63,245 nucleotides of DNA, filler included, from Asterionella formosa (GCA_002256025.1; 19 parts of 19 records of this genome joined end to end with filler, not necessarily neighbours in it), one strand, 5' to 3'; counted from the first letter of the whole stretch, positions 1 through 13,278 are shown. Translations and numbers: made by a program. Notes: generated by a model from the letters alone, not told the origin.

Positions 1-867
1 ATACACCGTCAGTCAGGGGAGTTCGTGATCATTTCCGCGATGCGAAGATTTTATTCGCGTAATGAACAAGCAGTCTATTGTTGAATGGCTAAAAGTATGT
101 CATAGTAAGCTGTCAAATGACTTATCAAGATTCCATAGAAATATGAACCATGACAATTAGTGTGTACATAAAACTCACTACAAAATTGACGTAGAGGAAT
201 TTGTTGCATCTTGAAATGTTGTACCTTCTCCGAGAATACTGTCGCTCAGGCTTTCTCATCTATTTCTAAAAAACATAGAAAACCTTATCTAGTCAAAGTT
301 ATCAACAAGCTAATCATGGCGGACTCAACACTGTCGCTACTTTGGTCATATCTTCAAAACTGAGCAAATGACGACCAAAAACAACTTCCAGCGCCGATTT
401 TAACTTTTTGTTGTCAATACTAGTGCAAAAATTTTTATTATTGAACGATAATCTCTTCTATGTTAGTCTGAATACACATGCTAAATAGGAATTGTTCATT
501 GTCAATATTCGTGAAGATATTCAACTCCATAATTTCGTCATGGTCCAGATGGAATTGCTGTCTCATTGACCCTATACCACAGGCAGCTGTACTACAAACA
601 CAAATGGAAGTACTACCTGATGGTATCTGGTACCCAGTATTAAGTATGCCAAGCATATTCATTATGCATGCCAAGCATATATAATATACATCACTATATA
701 CATATGTTGTGGTACCAGCAGTTGGACGAATTAACATGTAATCCTGTAGGTCTGTCATTCCACTCGGCAGTAAAAGTCCACATAATACATAATATCGGCA
801 TTATATTTGGAATTGTCATGTGTATCCATGAATTACTTTTTGTCAAAAGTCGCTCCACAAATACGAA

Positions 868-2357
868 ATGTCTAGTTCTTCCAACTCATCTCAAAATTCA
901 TCCTCCTCTGAGGAGGGGGATGATAGCATCTTGCAGAGTTCAGGAGATAGTTCGTCAGATGATAGTGCTTCCTCTTCTGGGAAAAAAGGGGTAGATCCCA
1001 TTAACTTTTCCATCCTGCCATTGTCACCTGCAGGCGACACTCCAGCACGCACTGACGATTTTCCTCTTCCCCATGATGACACTCCTTGGTGCTGGGAACC
1101 GGACTCACCAGACTTTATCATACAGACAATGACTGATTATACCTTAGCTTGTCGCAAGGCTGTCAAGAAGATTTGGCCAAATGCTGAATTTACATTTGGT
1201 ATGTGCTCTTATCATGCCTGGAATGAATGGTTAAAGAAGCATAGAGGAAAGTTCAAGAAATACGACAAAAACAAGAAGAGAATGGGTGAAGACTTCGAGG
1301 CGTATAAAAGAAGTCCCTGGATACAGCTAGTTCCAATCCTCCGCGATTTGATGATTTTCAAGTGGATCAACACATACAAGGAAAAGAAAGTTGCATCTGC
1401 ATGGTTAAAACAATGGGGTCCCACCATTCACACCAGAATTGAATTGAACACCAGTTCCAATCTACTTCGTGGTGGTTTGCCTGCACACAACAACAATTCA
1501 GAGGGCATCAACAGTGGCGATAAATCATTCTTTGACCACAGGAAGCCTTTAACGGCTAACTTCATTCATAACATGTCGTACATGCTAGAGGATCGTTCCA
1601 AAGGGGATCTATCGCTCATTTTGCCCCACCTTACACTCATCGGTTCACTCGATAAATTTCTACAAGTCTATTTATAAGCTTCTTGAGAAAGCCAAAATGG
1701 AGAAGCTACATTTCTCACAGTGACATTTGATTTCAAGTGTGATTCAATTAGAATCGGAGAGGATTAATTGTTGATTGCAACATCGTCATTTGTGGACCTA
1801 AATATTATGTCCTCTATGCAAACAATGCAGTCCCAGAATACTGCAACTGCATTCTCACAGCACAGTCAACTATCCCAATCCAGAAAGAGATATCTTTATA
1901 TCGGGAACACAGAATCAGTTACTGCACTAACTGTTATGCAATTGATAAAGAAGAACAAAATCCATGATGAGTACAAGCGCCTTCTCCGAAATCCTGAACA
2001 GTATTATGCTAACCACACATTTGATGATGTCCTTTCCCTCACCCGCAGGTTTCACCTTATTGAACCTATTGTGTCCAAGAGTGAAAACGATGATGTTGCT
2101 CTAACATACTTTTTAGGAATTTTGGGAAGGTGTGGATTGGGACCCATTTCGATCAATAGCTTGAAAGCAATGGGCAATGAAGGCCTCATATCGTGCCATT
2201 GTCACGCGTATTTAGCAAATGCGTGGTGTAACATGCATGTGCTTTTGCATTTGACTGTGGAATTATTTCTACCTTACGAAAGACAATGCATCCAAAGCCT
2301 AGTATTAAGAATAAAGGTTCTGGACAAATCAAAATTCGAAACGAGGAGGTAACTTAG
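868..2357 (+). pseudogene. Mutator/MULE transposase, C-terminal half (second Asp, CxxH, catalytic Glu, SWIM zinc finger), frameshifted
   Basis: QTMTDYTLACRKAVKKIWPNAEFTFGMCSYH matches the MULE D...vfP...CxxH pattern; HNNNSEGINSGDK matches NNxxExxNxxxK; CHCHAYLANAWC-(frameshift at about 2230)-HACAFAF is SWIM; further frameshifts at about 1610-1700. Confidence 0.8.
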
Positions 2358-2454
2358 ATATTAAAGGATGATAACATGGAGGTAGCTTAGATATGAAAGG
2401 ATGACAAATTTAGAAAAGCACAAGTAGTAGTGCTGATTATAAAAGTTATCAATA

Positions 2455-3247
2455 CTAGATAGGAATATCATTAGTTTTCCTATATCTAACGAGTTCTTCC
2501 AGGGCAGACTTAATTGACGCAAATATGAATCTTTGCCCTTTGTGGTGTGTTCATGGCTTATCACTCCATATGCAATCGTTTTTGTTTGTTGAGCCAAGTT
2601 GGTTGTAATAAGTGGAAAAACGCCGCTTCCTTCTTGTGTCAGTCTGTAAGATGCATCAGCAGCAAAGAAGATTGGATTGCCCCAGAATTGCTGTGTGTAC
2701 GCATTCGAAAAAAATTCTCGGTTGTTAGTACAGCTACCAAAGAGTCGTCTTCTGGTCGACAGTCTATGCCAAGTAGGTAGGTACATCGAATGTTGGGTGA
2801 AATTAAAGATATTTTCCTTCTTATACAATTCAAGGACAGCAGCGATTACTCCCCAGTTATTGCCTTGACCATTTATTAGCCCAACCGATTTATTGCGTAA
2901 GCGAGTGAGTTGTCGTTTCATGCACTTTTTCAATTTTTCATCAACAGCCAGGAATTCCTTTTGCCCTAGACTCAGCAATGTAACGTGCTGGTTTCATGTT
3001 CAATTTATTCAGGGAAGTAATTAACACAGACTGATAGTATTTGTGAATACGTTTTCTTATGCCATCCTTGACAACATTATTTTGTGTGTGTTTTAGGTCA
3101 CCAATCTCAATTGTGGTCAAATTTGTTTTGGTATTGATTAATTCCCGAATTACAAAGGGACATTTACAGGAATGGAAAATGTGCATCTTTTCTTTGTAAC
3201 TCTAATGCCATCACCTCTAAGGTATGGACGATCTTTTGATATCCACA
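2455..3247 (-). pseudogene. Mutator/MULE transposase, N-terminal half (Cys/His DNA-binding-like region plus first catalytic Asp), frameshifted and cut by the contig end
   Basis: CKCPFVIRELINTKTNLTTIEIGDLKH; FFAADASYRLTQEGSGVFPLITTNLAQQTKTIAYGVISHE is the MULE first-Asp strand set; after a frameshift it reads HKGQRFIFASIKSALEELVRYRKTNDIPI*. Confidence 0.75.
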
Positions 3248-3347
3248 NNNNNNNNNNNNNNNNNNNNNNNNNNNNNNNNNNNNNNNNNNNNTTAATTAAT
3301 TAANNNNNNNNNNNNNNNNNNNNNNNNNNNNNNNNNNNNNNNNNNNN
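3248..3347. other. Artificial contig linker (N44-TTAATTAATTAA-N44); first of 18, the others at about 6592, 9936, 13279, 16620, 19960, 23298, 26636, 29974, 33310, 36644, 39978, 43308, 46635, 49961, 53287, 56607 and 59929
   Basis: Identical 100-nt spacer with stops in all six frames; contig lengths fall from 3247 to about 3217. Confidence 0.98.
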
Positions 3348-6300
3348 ACTCCACAGAAAACCACTTACTACTCAACAACAGAATGGGAAAAGCTTTCATA
3401 TGAGGAGCGTGATCGAGTCCGAAAGGAACGCGACAAGAAAGGAGAGCAAGGCGGATCGAAGCGTACCATTTCCGGGATGACAACAAAGCAACATGCTTCC
3501 GCCATCATCAGTTCTATCAAGGCAGCAGCACTTAGCGACTCCGGAACATGCGATGACGACCAGTCGGAAACGCCGAAGAAGTCAAACGCCGGCAATTCTT
3601 TTGGTGGGCGTGAAAGCGCAAAACGAAGCAAAAGCGATCGACTTGAGATAGCGGCATATCGTTCTTCTCATCGGAAGCCGCTCCCGCCTCACCAATTATC
3701 GATATCTGCACTTACACAACTAACCCAGCGCGCTGCGAAATGTGAACTTGACACTCACGCTGACACCTGTGCTCTTGGCTGTAATTTTGTACCTCTTTAC
3801 TTTACAGGACATGCCTGCGATGTCATTCCATACAACGCAGGTGTGGCCAGCGGAAGTTACAGAACCAACGGTTCTACACTGACACCATTTTCGGGAAATG
3901 CAAATCACTGACTAACAACACATGTGCTCAAATCTTTGCAAATGAAGCGTATTTCGTAAAAGCGTACCCGATGGAGAGGAAGTCTGGCGCGGGTCTGGAG
4001 CTCCGACAATTCATTTGTGATTACAGAGCACCTGAGTACCTCACGTCTGACGGGGCGTCCGAACAGACTGGACCGAAAACGGAATTCATTAAGAACGTAA
4101 GGAAGTATGGGATTGAGCATCACGTGAGCGAAACTAAACAGCATCGACAGAATCGAGCGGAGTCAGTCATTCGCGAAGTGAAGAAGCGATGATTTCGACA
4201 AATGATGAAGCGTCGGGTTCTGAAGCGTTTGTGGGATTACGGAATTGTGTGGGTGTTTGAAACAATGTCTCTCACTGCTAACTCATCATTTGCGCTGGAA
4301 GGTCGGACTCCTATAGAGCAGATCACAGGCGAGACACCCAACATATCCGAATACTTGGATTTCGGGTTCTACGATTGGGTGTGGTACAAGGATAATGCAG
4401 GGGTCGGCGAAAACATGTTCGGGCGCTGGCTTGGTGTGTCTCACCGAGTTGGTAACCTAATGTCGTATTGGATTCTAACCATTGCTTGTCGCGTTATCTC
4501 ACGCACTACAGTGCAGCGTATCACTCACCTGGAACTGACAACTAGCGAGGTCAACGACAGATGCAAGGAGTACAATGAGAGGATAAAGGAAATCATGCGT
4601 GACAACAACCACCAAAATGCAAGCGACGAGGAGGAGCAACAATTGCAGGATTGGGATGAATACTCGGATCTACAGGACAATTCAGTATTCGGCGAAGAGA
4701 TAAACAATGTTGTGAGCGATCACCAAATACCAGATGCCGATGACACTTTCACGCCCGATATTTTCGAGGATACTTACCTCAACAAAGAGATAGCGATAGC
4801 GAGGGGCGCTGGAGATGACAACGACGGTGTTCAATTTGGCAGAGTCACCAAGAGATTGCGCTATAGGTAAGGCTCACGAAAATCCTTTGCTTGACACGAG
4901 AGAGTATGAGGTCGAGTTCTTTGACGGACACTCAGAGGCATTGTCCTCTAATCTTATTGCTCAGAATTTGTTTTCACAGATAGACGAGGAGGGCGAACAA
5001 CACGTACTTCTCGACGACATTATCGATCATAGGCGGAATGCGACAGCACTCGACAAAGAGGACGAGTTCATCACAATGTCTAACGGTGTCAAGCGGCGGA
5101 GACAGACGACTCAAGGGTGGCAACTCCTGTGCCAATGGAGGGACGGGAGTACCACTTGGGTCGCACTAAAGGATATGAAGCAATCGTACCCCATACATGT
5201 GGCGGAGTACTCAATTGCTAATCGTATTGATGACGAGGCGGCGTTCGCGTGGTGGGTGCCGAATATTCTAAAGAAACGGTACCGAGTCTTAGCAAAGGTA
5301 AAGTCTAAGTATTGGCAGTGAACTCACAAATACGGTATACGGATACCGAAATCCGTCGAAGAGGCGTTAGCGATTGATAAAGCCAATGGCAACACATTAT
5401 GGTGAGATGCCATCTGCAAGGAAATGAAAAATGTGCGACCGGCATTTGAAAAGTGGGAAAAGCGAGAGGGAGACCTTCCGCCAGGGTACCAAAAGATAAG
5501 GTGTCATTTCGTGTTCGACATCAAAATGGGCGAAAACTTTCGGCGTAAGGCGAGACTAGTTGCTGACAGCAGCCGGACTGAAACGCCCGCAGCCCTGACG
5601 TATTTGTCAGTTGTGTCGAGGGACTCAGTGCGCATCGCCTTATTGGTTGCTTCATTGAACGACTTACAACTTCTTGCTTGCGATATTCAAAACGCTTATC
5701 TAACCGCAGATTGCAGAGAGAAAATTTACATAATTGCAGGGTCGGAATTTGGGTCGGAAGCGGGAGCTACCATGGTGGTAAAGAAAGCGCTGTATGGGCT
5801 CAAATCTAGCGGTGCGGCATTCAGAGCGCATCTTGCAGAAACCCTCCATGATTTGGGTTACTTGCCCACGAAAGGGGACCCTGATGTATGGATTCGACCG
5901 GAGGTAAAACCGGATGGGTTTGAGTATTACGAAATGATTCTTGTATATGTTGATGACATTCTTTGCATTTCAGCGCAACCTAGAGCGACTATGAGCGGGA
6001 TACAGTCGACCTTCAAATTGAAGGACGATAAAGTCGAGAAGCCGGAAAATTACCTGGGAGCCCAGGTAATGCAGAAAATAGTCGGCGGAGTTGAGTGTTG
6101 GGCAATGACTTCAGAGCAGTATGTCAAGGCGGCCATCGCCAATGTAGAGTTCAAACTTGACGAGTCGGGTCAGCGGCTTCCAACGAGGTGCACTACCCCA
6201 TTGCAGGGGAATTATAGACCGGAACTGGATATTTCTGCCGAACTCAAGATTGAAGGCGTGAGATACTACCAGGAATTGATCGGCGTGCTCCGCTGGGCAG

Positions 6301-6591
6301 TGGAGCTTGGATGAATAGACATTGCTATGGAAGTTTCTATGTTATCTACTCACCTAGCGTTGCTGAGAAGTGGACACTTACAGCAGGTATATCACATGTT
6401 CGGATATTTGAAAGCGAAACCCAAGAGGACGTTGATCTTTGATCCGACACACACCCCGATATAAACGAATCCAGGTTTGTTAAATGCGATTGGCACGACT
6501 TTTACAGGGGAGCGCAGGAGTCTATTCCAGGGGACGCACCCGAGCCCAGAGGTAATGTTGTAACTACTCACTGTTTTGTGGATGCGGATCA
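3348..6591 (+). mobile_element. Ty1/Copia LTR retrotransposon internal region (diatom CoDi-like), degenerate: gag end, protease, integrase, RT, start of RNase H
   Basis: Protease ELDTHADTC (about 3745); integrase FYTDT..LTSDGASEQ..QNRAESVIREVK; RT CDIQNAYL, KALYGLKSSG, LVYVDDIL; RNase H FVDADH at the contig end; INT-before-RT order; premature TGA stops and a deletion near 3840. Confidence 0.95.
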
Positions 6592-8015
6592 NNNNNNNNN
6601 NNNNNNNNNNNNNNNNNNNNNNNNNNNNNNNNNNNTTAATTAATTAANNNNNNNNNNNNNNNNNNNNNNNNNNNNNNNNNNNNNNNNNNNNGTTTGTTAT
6701 GTGGAATAGAATGCACTACCGGCATGAATTTCTTAACAATACCTGAACATTTCCTCTTCTTCAAAAAGTGTGTATAACATACATCTCTGTATGTCTAGTA
6801 ACTTTTTGAAGGAACATTCAAAACCCTACCAGTTTGTATGATTAGATAAAATATACAAGACTTAACAGGAATTCGAATACTCGGTACTGTGAAACTGTAC
6901 CTATTACTACGCTGATCTTTATTTAGAATGACACCAGGTATGACGAATTCCATCGGCTTGTCAGGAAAAAAGTTTCCCAATTTTGGCGGTGCTTCTCAAA
7001 TGGGGCCGTAATGGTGCAAAGAAGCATGTTCCTCTTTTCTTCTGTATCAATACCAGCACCAACAATATTAGTAAAAATACAGGGATCATTTGAAACGCCC
7101 CAATAATGGAGAAGTTTATCAACATCATTGGACTCATTTCGACAACCATTGTTGCTGTACGACATTGGAATCAGCTATTGAATAATTCGGAATGGCAAGA
7201 ACATATGTGTGGGACAAGCTACACTACGTATATATTTGCTATATAAATATAGCGGTCACTTTGTTGAAAGTATAGCTATGTGTGGCAATGGGTTAGCCGA
7301 TAAAGAGATTTCTTAAAACAATGGGATAGTACAATGCTATTAAGCAAAGTTACAATTGTTATTTCGAACCCCCTGCTATTCAAAGTTCATGTGGTGCTAC
7401 TATTTCCTGAATGTAATGAAGCTACTTCCTGATTAGTGATGTTGTGGCTCTAATTCTGCAGCATACAAACATGCTCGCCAATAGCTAGTCAATGAGAATG
7501 GAAGACCCATGATTAGTAAGGCCATGAGCAACAAACTGGGCCGCCATCTGTTCCATCTTAGCTTTGATCCACATCTCATCTTGAAAAACAGATTTGAAAT
7601 ACGGATCGATGTTCGCAATGGGCGAATTATGATCAAAAGGTACTATCTTCTTGATTTCGGTTGGAATTGGAATTAGAATTGGGTATTGCCTTCAATGCAT
7701 CATTCTCCAATTCTGTTGTATAAATTGACCAAAGCTTTTGATTTCGAGTAACAAACAAACAATCAAACTTCGCCAGCATATTTACCCATCAATATTGAGA
7801 CCATATCATTCGTTTTAGTAAGACTAAGATCATCGTCGTCCCACAAGAAGGTAGCTTTTAGGGGATTCAACAAACGCACATGGCTTGTAAGAAATTCGAT
7901 TACTGATATGCGAATGAAGAGATAATGACGAATACTACCGATACAAGAATTGGATCAAAGCATGTACCGGTAGAGCATTCAAATCGGAATGGCAACAAGG
8001 AACGCACCGTTGTTG

Positions 8016-8640
8016 CACAGAATTCATTCTGATAGCATTATCGGGTACAAGGTTTACATAGATGTAAGGTGATCTGTGTAAAATCATAACCTTCGCTTAA
8101 ACAATAATTGATCAAAGAACAACAGCTATTGATCAATCAAACAACGTATCAATATATCAAAGCATTTGGTTAGCATATTAAATTTGATAACTAATACGTC
8201 TGCAAATAAAAAGTATCATGCATACAGGATCAAGGGTATCGTACGCTAAGTGGCACAGGATTTTCGTATATATTATAATTTTTGGATCAAAAATAGGATC
8301 AAGGTATCTTGTAACTATGATGATTTATTAATGTTTTACCGACCTTGAAGTGTGATGATAATAAGAACATTATCATCACACAATGTATATAAACTGATCA
8401 ACAACATTTCCCATCAATATCATAAACCTTCTCATATTATTTTCACTTCTCGTGATCGCCCGATGTAAATTATAATTACAACGTATCCTAAAACCAGCTC
8501 AACTCTATGCTATCATGTGAATTGTTTCATCGTAAATCTATCGTAAACATGATCATAATTCTAATCACAAGCATTGTTCAAAATAGATTGAAATGGATCG
8601 TAATTTTACCATCAAATTAAGCAATGCTGACTATTAACGT
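8016..8640 (+). repeat. Putative DNA-transposon end (CACAGAATTCATTCTG) with GATC-rich subterminal region; inverted homolog at about 25800-26130
   Basis: 8205-8275 (GATCAAGGGTATC..GCTAAGTGGCACAGGATTTTC) matches the reverse complement of 26040-26100; both copies end at TTG|CACAGAAT(T)CATTCTG. Confidence 0.5.
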
Positions 8641-10535
8641 TTCTCTCTTTACTCAGCTCAATGTATATTGTTCCTGTCCCACCCTTTTCTTCCTCTTTTC
8701 TGAATCTTGTGCCAAGCTTGTGCCAAGCGATGCCTTACTAATGTTCTGTCTCTCTCCCTGCTGTTAGTGTCATTGTGAACTCTCCGGCTATTCTGTTTGA
8801 TCGGTTTTATTTTCCTATGCATGCAGTTACAGTAACAATGAGAAGGAATGATTTGTTAGCTACTCATGTTACATTGACACAAGAACACACAATTCCATCG
8901 TATCCTCTTGCTTCACTTACCACAAATCAATGCAACTGAGGATGCATAAGTCTGTAATAGTAACTTGTCAGTAAGCCAAATTCTTGAATAAGTAAGTTTC
9001 GGGTATCCAATGTTGTCAAATAAAACTTACCGGTTCATTTTTGTCAGCTTAACTTTGAGAGAAGGTAAACGTTTTGTCAGGTTTGTTCCAACAGAAGTGA
9101 ATAGGTCCAACGAGCAACAAGAGCACTTACGCAATTTGGTTTTGTTTTACATTGGTGCTCCCCAACAAGCGAAACGAGCTGTTGAATCAACTGAGAAAAA
9201 AGGAAATGTGGCTGCGTTTAGTTGACAATTTGTTGTTGTGCTGCCTGCCTTCCAACGATTGTCATCCAAGTACCACATTGATGGCTTCATTACCTTAATC
9301 ATTCTCCATCCTTCGAAGGCGCAATGTGTCGAAGTCACAATTTTTTCGTTATGTATTGCGTAAACTTTCTTTTCTTTTAATGTGCTTTACTATGACGTAT
9401 CTTTTCATGAAGCAGCAGGCATTGTTTGTTAACATGACAGAACAATTTCAAAAATATATATGCCATGAATATAGTAATAAAATTTGTAAATATATAGATA
9501 TATATTAAGTGTTATACATTTATAAAATTCAAAGGCGCTCTCGATATGGAACATCTGATATGGTTGGGATGATCATACTTGCATATACATAATTCGAAAA
9601 TACTCAATGCACTATATGTCCATTGTTTTCCACGACTACGTGTACCGGTATTGTTTCTGAAATTTGTTTGCATCGATATTTTCTACGTCCGTTGAAACTA
9701 ATTATTTAGACCATTCAATTGGTGTAAGTCATAACCGCCAGGGTTTTGGTAGCAAATTGTTTAAGCCCCTTTTTTGGTTGGGAGCTCTTCATGTGTACCG
9801 GTACATCATATGACAATAACAATATATCATATATATATACAGAGTACCAGTAGCAGGTAGTAAGTGATATACTGGGGGTAGTCGGAGTAGTAAACTAGCA
9901 ACAGAACACCATATGTTCAGGACTGTTGCTACTGCNNNNNNNNNNNNNNNNNNNNNNNNNNNNNNNNNNNNNNNNNNNNTTAATTAATTAANNNNNNNNN
10001 NNNNNNNNNNNNNNNNNNNNNNNNNNNNNNNNNNNGCATTTGACCCTCTCTGGTTGGGTAATTCTTGTCTGGAATATTTTGGGAATTCCCATGCAACAAG
10101 TGGTGTTGCATATTTTGTTTTTATACTTTGTGTGGTTTCCTTCAATAGCAATAATTATAACAATAGCTTCAGAATTCTTCCTATTTTCCATTTGATATGA
10201 GAATTACCTGTACATATGCGCTTCAGTGGCCATCATCCAAGGTAGACAAATACTGTTTCCATTCTGCAAGTAATAAACTATGATGTGGTTGAAAGGGCAC
10301 AGACACATGTCTTGGGTTACATTATAGTAGAAAAGTGTCTACATAGCTTTGAACCATTCATCTATTCAGTGTTGGTTTGAAGTAAAACCAGTCCAGGGTA
10401 ACTTGGATTAGCCAACAACGTTAATGTATTGCATCAAGTTCAGCCCCCACATGTTGTCCTTGCGCTTGCTGAGTCGATGGCCTCAAGTTTTTGATTTCTA
10501 TCTGATGAGTGTAGCTCCTGTGGATGTGAGGCTCA

Positions 10536-13278
10536 TCAGGACAAACTTTGCGACGTTACCACGCTGTAGAGGAGCAAGTAGGCAGTTCGTTGATTGCGAT
10601 CACTCTTGAGAAGACTTTCCTTGTTGGAGGGGAAGACAACCCCATCATCAAAGTGAACCCACCTTGACTCATTTCCATTGGTAACTCGAACTGCATCAGT
10701 TGTGTAGTGCCCTGATGATGCCGTGCTGCCTAAATGGTGAACAATGCTACAAATTGCATAGTTAGCAGAAACGTCAACGGTGTCATGCTCTGACTTGGTA
10801 CCGTACTGGGCAAGGGAAAGGGAGTCGTTGAGAAAAACAGGTGCCTTGATCTTTTGAATTATCATTTCTGCTCGATGGGCCTTTGTTGGTGCTGGTAGAC
10901 CTCCTTTTTCTTCATCGACGACTTCGACATTCTTCATGGCTGTTTCACTCTTGTCATTTCGTCTTTCGGTTGACGTTGTTTGGGCATTGCGTATGCGTTG
11001 TTTCTCAACAACAATGAAGCGTTTGAGGTGAACAAGAAGTGCTTTAGGTCTGGAATAATGAAATGAATGAAGTGAGTATTTACCTTGAGGATACCAGTTG
11101 CGAGATTCGCATTGCTTCTGCACCCTACCTGTTCATAACAGCCAAAGTTTGAGTTGCGGTGGTGCCAATTTTGCAATGTTCACATATCACATCTCTCTTT
11201 TCAGGTGCAAAGAACTTTTTGAGACCGTTCTGAACACTCCACTTGACTTCTGCTGGTTCTTCTCTGTCACCCTTCTCATTAGCAATAGGCTCCTCAACTT
11301 CAATGGAGAGATGACGATACATTTCTTCCTTGGTTCTGCAGTTGAAGAGATCTGTACAGTTAGATGAGCACAACAGCTTATCGAATCGAGCCATTAAGTC
11401 ACGTACCTTTCGAAACCACATGAATCGCATACTAAGCAGACCTTTACATTGAGTCGAAAGAATTCATCGGTTGGCAAATTATCGGATGTATCTCTCTGTT
11501 TATCTCCTTTCTGTTCTTCTTCAAGTTCATCGTGAACACGATCAATCAGGTCACTCAGAAACTCGTGGGCATCACGTTGTTCATACCCAGTGAATTTGTC
11601 TGTTGCGGCGTCAATGGCGGTTTTGATGATCCGAGGTGTCATGGATGTGCCTTCTGGATTTTTCATCAACTTCCCGGCCACCGTCACGAGACTGTTGGCC
11701 AAGTCGCCACCGTGACCTGATAGCCTCGAAATCAAGCCAGATACGGTAAAGAGCATTTGAAGACTGCTATTTAAGTAGCACGTGTTTCCCATGTTGCGAA
11801 GGCCCTTCCAAAGGGGAGGACTGGCCGAAGGAAATGGAGACTTTGTAGCATTCGATACCACGGAGTTGGGACATTTCTTATTGTAAGGCACAAGGATGGA
11901 ATCCACCTTGCTATGGGTTTGGGACTCGCCACTATCGTCCAATAGGTCGTCATCTTTGAGACCAGGATCTCGTTGCACTCTATTCGTAGGCGACCAATGA
12001 CGCTTCAAGGCCGATCCAGGCCGCATCACAAGATAAGGCTTACTATAGCATTTGAAGTCCTCTTCGGTTTCAGTGTTCGTAGCCACAAGGAGGCGGTTAA
12101 CCTTACTCTCTTGAGCATCGATTGTAGGCGATGCAACCACGGTTTCTTTTGAGGATGTATGACCATGTTCTCTTGGAGAATAGAAATCGCTCTGAGGAGA
12201 CTTGGAAGGCGTGTGGATCCATTCCGTGTCCTGTCGGAGAGTCTTTTTTTTCTGTTCAGCTTTGAGAAAACCTTTGGCAACATTTCGGCCGAGACCATTA
12301 GCAATAGAGGATGACTTCATTCCGTGACTTCTTATTGGAAGTCGTGCGGTAAAGTAAGTCGTGAGGGGCTTAGTGCCTTTAGCATCAGAAGGAGAGAGTG
12401 ATTTCTCATCCGATGATTCCGAGATCTTCTGGTTGATGAGTATAACCGAAGGTGGCTTATTGAGGTCCACATCATCCTCGTCACGAAGGGTTGTACACAC
12501 ATGAGGAGACACAACGCGGTTAAACTTCGGCGTGGTTGTGCTTGGAGCGTCAAACAGTGCATCGTCGTCTGATTCGTCAAGAAAAGCCTTTCGCTGGATG
12601 CGTGCTTTCTTCTTGGGTTGTTTGAGCTTGACTGGAGAATCGTGGTCGAAATCCTCCTCATCGCCTTGTTCTTCTTGAGATTCCTCTGCAATTACCGTGG
12701 CTTCTTCATATTCCATGTTTGCGTTGTTTGAGTAACTATCTTCCTTTCGCACTTCCTCGTGTACTGGCGTTGTATCATTCTGTTCGCCCTCGTCATCTGA
12801 GGAGAAGTAGTTTGACGCAATTCTATTTGTTCCCCAAGTCTGGTGGCGTTTCTGTAGCTTAGTCTTGTATTGACGACGACCATAAACTCCTCTGGTTTTG
12901 GTTTGCGTGATTGGATCTGGTTGTTTCGCTTCCGGGGGTTCCATCTTGGTCTGCAGCTTTGTCCATCGCCTTTGACAAAAGTCTCGAAAGGTGGAGAAGC
13001 CAACAGTTCCGTGGTGGTATTCCATACAAAACTTGGAAGTTCTGAGTCGCACACTAGTCCCTATGAATTCCAGCTCTTCCACAGACTTCCAGCGAATCTT
13101 CCAGTTGGCATTATGTCCAGCGAAGATGGCGGTATTGTCGGCCGTGACCGGCACATCACCACTGACTTCCTTTTCAGCAATGTTGCGATCCGACTCCCTT
13201 ACTGTGATGAACTCAAATAAAGCGCCGTTTGCTAATTCTTTCTTTCCCATGATGGAAGAAGCAATTAAATCTTTCCAA
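10536..13278 (-). CDS. Ubiquitin-specific protease (peptidase C19, USP37/26/29-like layout); 3 exons, introns 11406-11336 and 11128-11050; 5' end may be truncated
   Basis: Cys box GLRNMGNTCYLNSSLQ, QRDAHEFL, CxxC pairs, His box HHLGSTASSGHYTTD and WVHFDD; GT-AG introns join the three ORFs in frame. Confidence 0.93.

Noticed and set aside
4190..6314. Alternative genetic code with TGA read as Trp
   Set aside because: The TGAs replace both Trp and Arg, co-occur with frameshifts, and intact host genes end in TGA (for example 48003-48005).
6692..7960. Decayed coding-like sequence on the minus strand
   Set aside because: Too fragmented to assign a family from motifs.
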